From NCBI GenBank assembly GCA_040285825.1, contig JAUPSS010000002.1, positions 1,178,001 through 1,242,000 of the forward strand: DNA of 64,000 bases. Direction: 5' to 3'. The notes under the pieces were generated by a model. The model was not told the origin of the DNA, did not search any database, and saw only the letters and a program-made list of their open reading frames with translations. Source of the DNA: Eukaryota sp. TZLM1-RC. Its lineage: Eukaryota > Protista > Metamonada: BaSk clade. Made by a program: the position numbers and the translations under genes. Each line of letters starts with the position of its first letter. Position 1 is the first letter of the stretch. Below are positions 26,500-38,767 of this stretch, one piece after another.

Positions 26500-27567
26500 T
26501 GTCAAGCTATAACCCTTGCCGCTGCTGATCCAGGTAATCTGATCTACTCTATTTTAATGCAAAACTACAAACTGGAGTGACGCAAAGTCAACCAAGACTT
26601 TAGTCCAAAGTGCCAAATTGAAAAGAATAAGAGACAGTAAACAGAATAACACTTTAATAACAATAAGTAAGTCTTCTGGCAAGGTAGTTGATCTACCTAA
26701 TTATGAAACATCTGAAGCACAACAACAAAGGATGGATTTAAACAGCAGTATAATTAATCAAATGACTGAAAGAACAATTAGTTTATTAAGAGGACACCAA
26801 TCAGAAGAAATCATTATTCCCCAAAAAATTAATTACTCATTCAAATTTGGTAATAATGATCACACGACTAAATCTATAGCAGAATGGGAAGCAACGTTAT
26901 CCCAATTCAACTCCAAAAGCTGCAGGTTTGATAGCTTTATGGAGTATAATAAACAAAAGAATTATGTGAATAGTATTGTTGGTGAGGTCTATCATAAAAA
27001 AATATTTAGGAAACTAAGATGGTGGGCTGAGATTAATCGCACAAGATCTGAGGCGAAGATGATTCAGAGATTCAAATCAATAAATGGTGATCCCAGCCAA
27101 GTAGTTATCGGAATTGGAGACAGGGAACAACGAAAACACATGAAATTCAAAGAACCTACCAAAGGAAAAGGGTTGAGAATTGTATTCAAAAAGGCTGGTT
27201 ATAAGGACTTTTTGTTGCTGTTTAGTTGCTGTTGTTTCAATTGCAAGAAAGCGGAGAAAACAGTTTAAACATTCTGGTGGTGCAGAAATCCTAGGTCATC
27301 GAAGAGGCATGAGATGTCTATTCGTCACGGGCTTACCATGTGTAAATCAAGCGAAAGTTTGTGAAACAGAGACCGAAATGCTTCGCTAAATATGTTGGCA
27401 GTGATGGAAGCACATGTAAATGGTGGAGATAGAATGGAATACCTACAGAGAGCCAAGGTTGATGAAGGTTCAAAGAAAATGGTATCAAGGAGAAAATCTT
27501 CCACTTCTCAAAAACTCAGTCCCTCTACATCGGTTTAAAAAGGACACTTGTTTCATTGTTATAGACA
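26500..27567 (+). mobile_element. Fanzor/TnpB-like element C (pseudogene plus right end)
   Basis: AADPG RuvC-I (~26525), KFKEPTKGKGLRIVFKKAGY, CCFNC zinc finger, NRDRNASLNM RuvC-III (~27365); RuvC-II region damaged. Confidence 0.82.
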
Positions 27568-27584
27568 TCATTTGTAGCTAATGA

Positions 27585-28439
27585 ATGGCAACTGTTCCAG
27601 AGTGTCAACTCAAGATAGCTTCTCTCAAAAAGACACTTTCTGCAGTTTGTTCCAAATACACCAAACTTCATTCATCTCTTGAATCTTTGAAGCAAAAGCT
27701 TTCTCATCAACAGAGAGAAATCACATCTCTCAGAAAGAAGAACAGAAAGTTGAATCATTTAGTTTACCAACAGTCGAATAACGTCACATGTCCTCTTCCA
27801 TTGAGTGAAGTTCCTCACGTACGACACATTGACTCCCAGAACTACTACCAAATGGAACAGATCCAGGCCCAATCACTTGAAATATCTTCCCTAAAAAGAC
27901 AACTCGATGATGCAAAGGGACAGAAACCTGCACCTGCACCTGACCTTCCCAAGCTGAAGAACAAAGCCATGCTCCTCGAACAAGCAGTGAAGTCAATGAG
28001 AGCTGATATGGAAGAGTCCAATGCCCGTGTTGCCAACCTCACAATGTGTCATGATGGAGAAATTGGTAAGTTGAAAGCCCAGATTCAAGAGCTCGAAGGC
28101 CACAATTCTTTACTTGTGACTGAAAATTGTAGGTTGCGGGATTTGATTGTTTTTTGGAAATCTAAGAATGATGAAGCCACAAATAATTCAATTGAAGCTG
28201 AAGAAGCAAGTGAGTGCTCTTTGGTAGATGATTCTGTATCTTCTCTCATCTCTGCTGTCCAGTCTTTGCCCTTTCCAAGCTGCCACGATCCAAAAGTTCA
28301 AGAATCAGTCACGTCAAGTGATGGGACAGAGGAGGAGGAAAAGAGGGTAACAGCAGTAAATAATTCTCCAAAGCGGTTATCGATTAATGAATTGATTAGA
28401 CGAAGAAAAAGGCCACAGTGGATGAAAGCTTCTAAATAG
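27585..28439 (+). CDS. Hypothetical coiled-coil protein
   Basis: 284-aa ATG ORF with heptad-rich segments. Confidence 0.7.
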   Translation: MATVPECQLKIASLKKTLSAVCSKYTKLHSSLESLKQKLSHQQREITSLRKKNRKLNHLVYQQSNNVTCPLPLSEVPHVRHIDSQNYYQMEQIQAQSLEISSLKRQLDDAKGQKPAPAPDLPKLKNKAMLLEQAVKSMRADMEESNARVANLTMCHDGEIGKLKAQIQELEGHNSLLVTENCRLRDLIVFWKSKNDEATNNSIEAEEASECSLVDDSVSSLISAVQSLPFPSCHDPKVQESVTSSDGTEEEEKRVTAVNNSPKRLSINELIRRRKRPQWMKASK

Positions 28440-29299
28440 TGGTTATTAACCAATCAGTAAATAAATACGTTACACTTTTAGTTTACACAATTATTTTCTG
28501 CTATTGTTAATTCAAATACAATGTTCAGATCGTTGCTGGCTCTGATTAAAGATTTAAAATATGGCGTAATCTTGGATCTGCCAACTCCCTCACAAAGCCG
28601 CATTCTTGTTTTAAAAGCATATTTTGTATATTTGCTACTTTTGAATGGTTTTTGGAAAAGTACAAACTAAGTTTAAGGGTAAATTATTCTGTGGTTGAAT
28701 TTTAGGTTGAATACAAATCCCTTTTTTGTGTTTCTGACCCATTGAGATAAACACTTGCTCAAAACTCTGGTCTTGATGCTGAAGAGACTATTATCAACTT
28801 GCAAGAAGAAGCCGAAGAGGTTGTTATTTCTTCTCAATTATTGTTGTGTGATGAAATTATAGCTGCTGGTTTGTTACCATATGATCATTCTGTTAACTTT
28901 AGGAAGAAGCTTGTCAATGAAAGCTCAACAACAAGGATAGTTGGATTTGTATTGCATAGAAATAAATATGGCTTAATTATTTGATTTTAATGTTTTAGCA
29001 TTGACATGCTGTCACAACAGTGTAAATATGTGAATCTTTTGTTGGCTGTTTTAATGTTTTTCTCATTAATAGAGGATTTATAATTGCTGTTCATAAAAGG
29101 ATGGTTGTGTGTTCATCAAAACAACTGAAGCTTCATGATAACATACATACAGAAATCTTTTCACTGTTTCGCAGAACTCAATTATTGTTAACAAACTTCA
29201 ATCATTATTGATAGTATCATTTCTGTGGAATTGTCCCGGATACATCACAATTGAAGCAAGTAGCTAATCAATAATAACATGAAATCTCAGTAGATGATG

Positions 29300-29775
29300 A
29301 ACACTAACTACCTTTGTGCCACTTGACAAACCTTATCCACACGTGTCGTATAGCATTTCGACTTTTGGTTTTCTCCAGGGTTCAATTAGGATAGATAAAT
29401 TGATTGAATTTCTAAAAAATCTTGGGAAAACGGTTTGAAAGTGCTGCTTTGGGGGTAGTTGTTGCCTAATTGGTAGATTTGTTCAGACCAAATCCATAGC
29501 AATTGCCACAAGCAGTGAGTGTCAATGTATGATGAACACCTACACTACAAGAAACAATGTTAGAGAAGAAGGGTAACTGGAAATTCTTTCTACCAGTAGC
29601 ATGAGGAGGAAAATATCGGGAGAGAACACCAGGTGTTGGAGATGAAAATAAAGAAACAGAAGGTGCAACAGAGCCAATAAGGTTGATTCGTTTTGTGCGA
29701 GACCAGAGAATTGAGTTTCCTTTAGATAAGGCAACAAAATCGTGAAGAGGGAGGAAGAATACACCTAGTTTATGA
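29300..29775 (-). pseudogene. RCC1-repeat protein remnant
   Basis: IVSCSVGVHHTLTLTACGNCYGFGLNK then, after a frameshift, YQLG: RCC1 blade consensus. Confidence 0.55.
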
Positions 29776-29777
29776 AG

Positions 29778-32218
29778 TGAGGGGAAAGTGTGGGAATAGT
29801 GAAAACCTCCCAAAACCAAGTTGAGGGTTAAAAACCTCCCAGAACAGGCAACCAGAAGTCGAAAATGGGGTGACAAGTGTAAAATTTGATAGATGAGCTC
29901 TTTATTCTCACTACATGTCAGACACCCACTCTGTGTCACGTGTATTCACTCGGTCTTGTGCACTTAACTCGCTGCTGACCCCTGCAGCGGTCCAACAAAT
30001 TCGGACTGACCTTCCTGTGGTCACCGAGATTTGTCATGAAGCTTCTTTATTACTTCAATCTTTTCTTCTAAATTTTCCGTTGGCATCTAGAGCTTTAGTG
30101 GAACAGGATGTATGGTATCTGTTTATGACCGTCATCACCACTGGTTCTTTTCCAAAGCCTTCCACATCTAAAGGCCAACGCCAATTACTCCATATCTTTT
30201 ACAATGGATTTCTTCCTGAATGCCCACAAGACAGGTCTCTTGTTTCTGTGTGGGAAAATTCTTTAGTGCCTTACAGAAATTCATTCAATCTTTTCCTCAA
30301 TGATTGGCTGCAGTCCCAGAACTGTAATTTTATCAATAGAAAAGGACTTTCTCCTTACCTTGCTTGTCGGGCTCGTCAATTGGCCTCCAACGTTAAGACA
30401 AGTTTACCTAAAATTTGTCAGTCCTGGACAAAAAACTTTATTCGTGCTCATTGTAGAGCCCTGGATAAAACAAATGTCTTTGCAAATAATATTCTTTCAC
30501 TTTTGCCAGATGAACCACTAGCCCAACCCGAGGAAGTAGTAGTTGATTCTGTTCTTGAATACCTCATCAATTTCAATTTGAATAATTCAAGAGAAAGATT
30601 TTTTTTATTGAATGCATGTAGGTTTATCTTGAATCTCTTTCAAAGATTTCCTACCACTGCCTCCCTACTGTCCTCACATGATAAAATCACTTTTTCATCA
30701 AAGGAAATTAGTGAGCTTTTTCTCTTCAATCTTAAAATTTCACAATACTTACTCACTTTCTTTTCTCATATGCATTGCTGGAAGAAATTTAGAATAATAC
30801 CTTTAGCTTCTCATAAAGGTTCTAAATTTATTGAGGTACCTTCACAAATTTTCCACTCTGTGAAACAATTTCCACTTATTGAAGGATCTTCAATTTTATT
30901 TCGATTTTATTGAGGTACCTTCACAAATTTTCCACTCTGTGAAACAATTTCCACTTATTGAAGGATCTTCCAAAACAAAGTTTATCAAAAATACATGTCT
31001 GAAACGAATATTCAAACAATGTCCTTACCAAAAATTCAATATCAACAGAAAAAGTTTGAAAAATAGATTTAACAAAATTTTATTGAAAACTAATGGTAAT
31101 GAACTGCTTTTGACCTTTGAAGGTAAAAATAATGACTCAGAAAACACAGATGAGCTGGATGAACCACCGAAAAAGAAAAGAAGATCAAAAAATGAAATGA
31201 AAAGTGACCCTAATGCCAACAAAACCAGAGAAACACAGTTGAAAGGTACTAAAAAAATGCCCCGTCGAAGACGTAGACATCCAGTCGAAATTTTACCTGA
31301 AATGCTCCTTATTGGCGTTGATCTTGGCCAATCAAGATTATGTGGTTACTTCTTAAATGATAATCAATGTGGAGTTATCCCTTGTCCAACTGGCAGAAGA
31401 TACATGACAAAACCTTCACCCAGTAAACACTCTCCCAACCAATATTCCGTTCAAAATCTCAACCAATGTTTGAACCATTGGAATTTGGTCAGGAGGAAAG
31501 TGTATTTGGAAAGTAATCGTCAGAAATGGAAAATAATTAAATTTGATAACCGCAGACGAAAAGAGAGACGGTTCAGAGAAAGTCTCAACAAATTTCAAAG
31601 GCTGGCTGGACATCCTGAAAAACTCTATCTTGCTGTGGGTTCTGCTAATTTCCCTTCTCATTGCCGAAAAGTCAATCGATATGGATCAGCAAGGGCTTTC
31701 AGAAAATGGTTGTGTTATCAAAAGGACGTGAAGCACTTGTCAACCAGTGAATTTAATACAAGCAAAATGTCAAGTTGTTGCATGGCCGAGAATATTTAAG
31801 CAGGCTCATGGCAAATGCGTATTTGCACTGAGTGTCAAACAGTATATGACAGAGATATTTCACTGCAAAAAATATTCAAATTAAGAAGAAAGCGGAATTG
31901 TGGCCGGAAAGATACATTTGCCCAGATGCTCTGTTGAGGAAATGAATGGGGAACCTGAGCATACAGAAACAAAATCTTTTGAGACCGATCTACAAATGCC
32001 CTAGTAGCATTTGGTAGATCCACTTAGATACATCAAGTCGCGAGGCTTTGTTCTGTGAAAGCAGTAGGTGTATTTAAGTGAGGTAGCCCATTGACGAAGA
32101 TCATGATTGTCTTTGTCAAATGATGCTACATGTCTCTTACAGCCTGTGAGTAGACATTGAGAAAGTTGAAAACAGGAGTGAATTTCACAGGGGAATACAT
32201 GATAAGTGAAATTCACAG
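29778..32218 (+). mobile_element. Fanzor/TnpB-like element, copy A
   Basis: Limits of homology with copy B: TGAGGG(G/A)AAAG on the left, GAAATTCACAG on the right; no transposase inside. Confidence 0.87.
29915..31799 (+). CDS. Fanzor protein (~601 aa once the 79-bp duplication is removed), stops before RuvC-III
   Basis: ORFs 29915..30913 and 30879..31799 join if 79 bp is removed; IGVDLG (RuvC-I), SEFNTSKMSSCC (RuvC-II); CTEC..YDRD lies in frame after the TAA. Confidence 0.8.
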
Positions 32219-32238
32219 TTAATATGTACACGTGTTGT
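31980..32238 (+). ncRNA. Putative Fanzor omegaRNA scaffold plus flank-derived guide
   Basis: Conserved in copy B; hairpins at 31987-32020, 32130-32157 and 32178-32216; conservation ends at TTCACAG(T). Confidence 0.55.
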
Positions 32239-33500
32239 ACACGTATTACAAAAGCTATCTACTAGACAGATACTGAGGCCTTTCATTACCACTCATCTTC
32301 GCTTCAGCAATCGCAAACATATTCAGACAAGCCAGCTTATTTCTATTGAAAAGCTTTGTTGAGCCTTTGTTACTGAGTTTGCAACTGTCACTGTTGCAAG
32401 CTTATAAACCATGACATGCAGTAGCAGGAGTCTGTTCTCTTCTATAGAATCTGGGATTTGTTACTCTCAAAAACGTAGCAACCTTCTCAAAACAAAGAGG
32501 ACATTTTGCTGAAGTGAAAGCTTCATTCATCATCAATACTTCAAATCCATTTCTTTTCAAAAATTGAATCCATCCACTGCCTCGAGTAGGCCTTTGATGT
32601 TTCAAATTCTTGGAACCTTTTTACCATAACCACCAATTAGTATTAAAGTGTCTTTTGGATTGCCAAACTGCTGAACAAGGTTTTTTAACAACCAACTTTC
32701 AGTCTTTTGCTTGTGAATAAAAGCTTGCATTTTATGAATGCTCCACAAGTCAAGACTATAAAAGTCAATTGTCAAAAAAACTTGCCGACACAAAGTTTGG
32801 CAACCACAAAGTTGGAAAAACTCTATAAAAGTCTCGAGTGTCATTTCGGTAGACTCCATCATTTGGTTCCTGTCGTAATCTACCTCAGTTTACTTTGTCG
32901 CCCTTCGTTTTTGTTTTTCATTAATCCTGCTTTTCAAAGACCAGTACATCTGAGTCATTCTCAACCATTTGAATTTCTTGTCTTGATTCATCACCCGACT
33001 ATTTCTTTGCTGTTCAGTTTCATGTTCAGGCACCATGGAATAATCTTGATACATTTTTTGACTCCCAAAATTCAATTAATCATGTTTTCCGGATCACAAA
33101 CAACAATTCGTTTGTCTTGAAAAGTATCAACATCAACATCTTCAGTATATAATTTAAAAAAACTGGCCGTTTTGTCTGGCCTACAATTTTGAACTTTTCT
33201 TATTACGGCAAACAAATTCCACTGCAATATTTAATCCATCTGTGTGAATAATGTTGTTGAAATTATTAGAAAGCTTTGAACTTGGGATTGTGCATTGGCC
33301 ATTCTTTTCTAGGCAACAAATCGTCAAACAATGGTTGTTTGAAAATTGTCTATGTTGTCATACTAGTATCTTGTTGAAAACCCCTAAACACAGATCCATT
33401 ACACCACTTCTTTACCGATTTACATCATTTTGAGGAAAAGAGTGGAATCTTTGTGCTTGTGTTTGGAACATTGCTGCTTGTACATTGTTCAACTTGATCT
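32230..33500 (-). pseudogene. Fanzor/TnpB-like element E, degenerate
   Basis: KHQRPTRGSGW..MNEAFTSAKCPLC (RuvC-II plus zinc finger), HGL..C....C, FNRNKLACLNM (RuvC-III position), ERPQYL terminus. Confidence 0.8.
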
Positions 33501-33821
33501 TGAATCCAGATCTAGACAATCATGATAATAAACAATAATGATGAAAATTATAGAAAAGATAAATTTAATGATTTGTACTTTAAGTTATCAATTACTTATT
33601 GAAACAGAAACTAAAAGATTACTATTGAGTGATGTGAATAAGTTTATCCAAAATAAAATACATATTTGCATTCGATCGATTGTCCTTAATGTAAGATGAT
33701 GCATTGTGAAAGCACGGAGGACAGTCACAGTGATTCTAAACAAGATAGTGTAACTGATCATGGCTGACAAATAAATCATTGTTGATCAAGAAAAAATTGG
33801 TTTATATACAATTAAGAAACT

Positions 33822-34256
33822 TTACAATGAATCAAGCTCGATAAATACAGTATCATCACTTGTCAGAGAAACCTTGGTCTTCAAGGTGTTAAAGTTGTCA
33901 GCAGAAACATAAATGTCCAGACTGCCTCTACCTATTCGTTGAAAAGTTACATGGCCATTTTCATCAGTAGGACGTGACTCAATCGTTTTGTTGTCCTGAG
34001 ATATCACAACGGAAGCATCTGAAATGGCTGATTTCTCAGTACTGGTCATTACAAAGACAGAAAGGGAAAAGCCCGTAATGTACCCAGAGAAGAAATATGT
34101 TAGTATCACAGATGTTGCAACAAGAGAAGTGATCAGTAAACACCAGAGGATCCATTTACATGACCAACCAGATCTGTACCTCTTGAGATCTGCCTTTTCA
34201 ACACCCATATCCTTAAGTAGATCAGTTGCATAATGTTCGAGATCCAATGTCGTCAT
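33822..34256 (-). CDS. Single-pass membrane protein with carboxypeptidase-regulatory/prealbumin-like beta domain
   Basis: TM helix WILWCLLITSLVATSVILTYFF then AISDASVVI..TDENGHVTF..G..VSADNF pattern. Confidence 0.65.
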   Translation of the reverse strand: MTTLDLEHYATDLLKDMGVEKADLKRYRSGWSCKWILWCLLITSLVATSVILTYFFSGYITGFSLSVFVMTSTEKSAISDASVVISQDNKTIESRPTDENGHVTFQRIGRGSLDIYVSADNFNTLKTKVSLTSDDTVFIELDSL

Positions 34257-34775
34257 TTTTAAAACTGATGTCTATAACAATAAAATAAGTGGTCTTTTGG
34301 AGGGGCTGAATTTTTCAAATGTTGAAGATTTTCCAACCATTTCAATAGAATTCTCAAACCTAAGTTCAATGAATTTCATGTGTTTTCGTTGTTTCCAATA
34401 ACTACTTGACAGGGATCGGCTATTACTGATTCGCCTCAGTTCTTGTGCTATTCTCAACCCACCATCTCGATTTCCTAATTATTTTTCATGATAGACCTCA
34501 CCAACGCAGCTATTTATATGATTTTTTGTTTAATATACTCCATAAATGTATTAAATCAGAAATTTTTGGAATTGATCTGAGGGATCTGATGGTCATTTGG
34601 CAAAAAAGCCAATAAAAGTTTGGCACCTCTGTTGCTTTCTTTTGCCTTGTCATTAAACCTCGTGCTTCAGAACTTGGGAAGACCAGAACAAAAGAACCAG
34701 AGTTGCTTACAAATGTATTTCCGCAAAGAGTCATCAATCCCAGATTATGGACATGTTATACATTGATACTATTAA

Positions 34776-35800
34776 GATTGACAGTTTTTTATTCCTGGAA
34801 CAGTCAAATTTTAAACTCAACCAAAAACCTTAACTAATGCTTTTAGCAACTGAAAACCCCATTAATTGAATGACGGGAGATTTTCGCTATTCACTTGCAT
34901 AACTCGCTTGTTATGAAACTCCGTAATGTTATTCAAAGCGAACTGGATGATGAGCAGATTTTTACATATCATAAACACAATCACGAACAGCATTGTGGAT
35001 AATTGACCTTTTTCGAATGAATTTACAACAGGAAATAATGTGACCAAAAGAAGCATAAGCACCACACTTACATTTCATATCGAATAACCGTCGGGGAAAA
35101 GGTAAATTAAGTCTAATTCGCATGACTGTCAAAAATTGAATAACTGAAATCAATAGTCCAAAACGGTGAGGAACTTGTGTTATCAAACAAAATGAACTAA
35201 TTTTTTTGTAAACTGTATTTTTAAATGAACTATTTTGAAAACAATTGAAACTACACAAAGAAGGCAAAAATAATTTCAAAGAATACCACTGGAGTCGTTT
35301 GCCATAATAATTTGGTTGTTCGGTGATATAGATTATAGAATATTCCACAATACCAAGTTCTGGATATTGTGTCTTAAGGTGAACAAAAATTGGATGAAGA
35401 GAAAGACAAAAAAGGAAGGGGTCATTGGATCACCCTAATTTGCACCTGAATACTAGGATATAGTATCAGTTTTCGACTACTGCAAAATAAGAAGAATGTT
35501 GAAGTGCTTCAACAATAGCACCACGTTTCACTGAATTAAAGGCAATTTTGAAATTACAGACAACTGCAACATTTTTTCTTGATAAACTCATAAATACATC
35601 AACACCATTAGCAGCAGCATTTGCTCCATCATATGTTCCTATACCAAATTGAAAAGCACCAAGAAACTCTTGAGCACTATTCTTGGTACGATTGAAGACT
35701 AGTGTAGATAGCAGACGTGTGATCACTCCACCAATTGCAATGAGACGAACACAACAGTTTGACTTTGCTAAAAGAATCAATCTTAAAAAACATAATTCTG
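34776..35800 (-). mobile_element. Internally deleted CRE-like element (subfamily Z) with RT remnant
   Basis: RLIAIG..FQFGIG..AFNSVKR RT motifs and CKCG..HIISC zinc motif; tail shared with 13486. Confidence 0.78.
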
Positions 35801-36055
35801 TAGGAAAGCATTTAGGATGTTGAGATTTGCAAATAAATCAATTCTTGAAAGTGTTTGACCAACACTATTTCACATGAACTTTAACTCACGAACATTAGAT
35901 TTTTGCACATAGACTAGAATAAATTCTGTTCATTAAAAAAAAGATTCACATCAATCGAACAAGTTGAGTGCAATTAGGGTTCAAAGTATTTTGATAAACA
36001 AACTTTTTTATAGATTAAGCAAACTCAATAAATGAAACATTAAAAGACCAATCTA

Positions 36056-38260
36056 CTAGTGTCTCAATCTTGGTAAACATTTTGGCTTTGTAAAGGGTGA
36101 AAAAAAGCTACCGACTCTAAATCCAACATCTTGAAAACTAGGACATTCAACGAGAAGCTCTTTTATCCAAGTAGATATTATGTGTTGGTATTCGTTGAAC
36201 CTTACATCAGCAAAAACAACTACGCCATAGTCAGAAGCGTGGCGAACTACCCTACCTGCAGCTTGGTTGACTAGTCTCATCGCATTTGATATCCAAAAGT
36301 TTGAGGCAAATTGAGACCCAAACCTGTTGCGCATTAACTCAACCTTAGCTTTTGCCTCCAAGTCGGTAGGATTAGGTAGAGGGAGGCCGGCAATCACCAC
36401 AATTCTGGCCAAGTTATCAGAAAAGTTGATTCCTTCGGATAATCTTCCACCCAAAACACTGAACAGTACCACTTTAGAGGAAATGCACTTTGCCCTGTAT
36501 GTTGAAAAAAACTCATCGAAATCAGCATTGTTGGGCTCAAGCATAACATTGAGGATAAATGATGAAGAAAATGATTTGCAATATCCATGAAATGAATTCA
36601 TTGCATCCTTAGAAGAGAAAAAGACCACCAGTCCTCCGAATGGTAGAATATTAAATAGATTAACCAAAACACTTAAAAACTCTTCAGAATGTTTCGAATC
36701 CTGTCTGCTACTGTAAGTAAATTTCAATGATATCCCAGAAGGTCCCTTTGAGCACAGTAGGGGTAAAAAAGCCGATTGAGGAATAAGATGTTTGTAAGAC
36801 CGAAAGCAAAAGTTACCTCTGAAATTAGGAAACATTAAGCTCTTTATCGTGTTGACTGGTGTCAAAGTTCCTGAAGCAACTATAATAGCATGTGCTTTTT
36901 GAACCAATGGTTCCAACACAAAGGAGGGGTCAATAACTGAAACTTTTAGTTGCTCTTTTGAATATATGACCTTAATCACATCGTCTGGTTGGCTGAGGGC
37001 TATAAGAATTGATACAAAGGGAATAATGGCATTCTGCTCAACCTCTTGATCTAACAGCTTTGATAACTTTGGTCCCAAACGAAATCTCTTTGCCCAATTG
37101 ACTAGTGGTATGAAATTGATATTATCCACATCCAAATGAGCCAGAAACTCAACCCCAGACAAACAGCATGTGTTTTCTGTTGAAGCTAGGTGATTTATAA
37201 GAAGATTTATCACCCTTGACAATTTTCGGCAATTGCGCAAATTATTAGGTAGCAGTCTACTAGAGTATAAGTGTAAATATTGAATAATCTGTTCAGAAGC
37301 AATCTTCAACAATTTAGAGCTAATTTCAGCAGAAATAAACGATTCCAAAGCTGACGTGACATTATGTCCTTCATCTAAAACAATAATGGAATTTTCTATA
37401 TTCATCAACTCTGGATCTGAAAATAACATTTGAAACGGCGCAAATAAAATACTACTATTTCTAGAAGCTAAACGAACAGAAAAATAAGGACAACAACCTC
37501 CCATTTCATCACCCATTCTCCTCACCTCTTCAATGTCTACCACACCATCAACTATCCTGCCTGTAAGTGCATTTACTCTCTCCCTTGCACCATGTGTACA
37601 ACCCCCTGAATCACGAAGCTTTCTACACTGAAAGGTTGGATCCATTGATTCACGAACTGATTGTATTGGGCAACAAAGTTTGCGTGAACCAAGAATGGAA
37701 GATCTAAAAACAGAAGAAAACTTTGTCGTCTTAAATTCATTTACAACTTGCTTCAATTGGGAATGAGTTCGAGAAAGATAGAAAACTCTATGTTTAATAA
37801 GAACTTCATCATCATAGTCATTGTCGTTAGAATTTGGCTGAACTTCTTCAGTATCAGAATCTCCCACACCAGTATCAGCAAACTTGGCTATTGAGGATGT
37901 AATCTTCTTTGAATTATTCTTGTCTAGATTAAATCGCAAAAGTGCATCTTTAAATGTTTGAATTCGGTCGTTTAATCGCTGTCGTATGGCAGCAGACTCA
38001 GAATCTCTGGACCTTTGACTTTGAGACATAACCCAAGAGGGAAGAGAGTTCAGGATTGAAGAAGAAGGGGTTAAAAGATAGTCAGGAACGTCATGTTTTT
38101 TAGACTCAAGCCAGGAAAGGAGTGCACAGAGTAATGAAAGAGTTTTACCTGTACCTGTGGGAGACTCAAAGAATCCTATACCACCTTCGTCAAGGAGAGA
38201 AGTAACATCATCCATAAGTTCCTGTTGGACAGAATATGGAGTAAATGGAAATCCATACAT
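36056..38260 (-). CDS. DDX11: DDX11/Chl1 Fe-S (XPD-family) DNA helicase
   Basis: FPFTPYSVQ Q motif, ESPTGTGKTLSLLC, SRTHSQL, Fe-S cysteines, DEGHN, GGRLSEGINFSD, NQAAGRVVRHASDYG; ATG at 38260. Confidence 0.93.
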   Translation of the reverse strand: MYGFPFTPYSVQQELMDDVTSLLDEGGIGFFESPTGTGKTLSLLCALLSWLESKKHDVPDYLLTPSSSILNSLPSWVMSQSQRSRDSESAAIRQRLNDRIQTFKDALLRFNLDKNNSKKITSSIAKFADTGVGDSDTEEVQPNSNDNDYDDEVLIKHRVFYLSRTHSQLKQVVNEFKTTKFSSVFRSSILGSRKLCCPIQSVRESMDPTFQCRKLRDSGGCTHGARERVNALTGRIVDGVVDIEEVRRMGDEMGGCCPYFSVRLASRNSSILFAPFQMLFSDPELMNIENSIIVLDEGHNVTSALESFISAEISSKLLKIASEQIIQYLHLYSSRLLPNNLRNCRKLSRVINLLINHLASTENTCCLSGVEFLAHLDVDNINFIPLVNWAKRFRLGPKLSKLLDQEVEQNAIIPFVSILIALSQPDDVIKVIYSKEQLKVSVIDPSFVLEPLVQKAHAIIVASGTLTPVNTIKSLMFPNFRGNFCFRSYKHLIPQSAFLPLLCSKGPSGISLKFTYSSRQDSKHSEEFLSVLVNLFNILPFGGLVVFFSSKDAMNSFHGYCKSFSSSFILNVMLEPNNADFDEFFSTYRAKCISSKVVLFSVLGGRLSEGINFSDNLARIVVIAGLPLPNPTDLEAKAKVELMRNRFGSQFASNFWISNAMRLVNQAAGRVVRHASDYGVVVFADVRFNEYQHIISTWIKELLVECPSFQDVGFRVGSFFSPFTKPKCLPRLRH

Positions 38261-38332
38261 GACCACTGAGAACACAAAGTGCAATACTAAGGGAGTATTT
38301 GGTTGTATTTGGATCTGAGAATTTAAAATGTA

Positions 38333-38767
38333 CTGTATTCTCCCGATTAGAGCACCTGGCTCTATTTTAGAGCATCCCGCCACCCAATTAGAGGCTCTAT
38401 TCAGGGGTGCTCTATTCGAGAGGATACCACATTATAGTCCAAATTACATTTTTAAAAAAACTTTATTGTTAATACAATTTCTAAGCTACCAACATATCTT
38501 CTACAACAATGATTGGTTGAGAAGGAGAATCCGCACTTCGACGATGATTTCTAGAGACCATGTGAGAAGAAGGAATAGAATATCAAATTGTTCATCCACT
38601 TTCCAGTATTGTAATTTGCTAAGTTAGAAATACAGTTTAACAAATACTATTGACTGCAGTTGATTTTACTCAAGTATGAGGGTGCTCTATTCAAGAGCGC
38701 TCTGTTATAGAGCACCCCTTGGGGAGGTGCTCTAATCGGGGGGGGGGTGCTCTAATCGGGAGAACAG
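38333..38767. mobile_element. MITE of Tc1/mariner-pogo type
   Basis: TA-flanked TIRs CTGTATTCTCCCGATTAGAGCACC / GGTGCTCTAATCGGGAGAACAG and several internal GGTGCTCTA/TAGAGCA motifs. Confidence 0.85.

Noticed and set aside
38261-38383. N-terminal extension of DDX11 in the ORF track
   Set aside because: It runs into the MITE TIR; conserved sequence starts at MYGFPF (38260).
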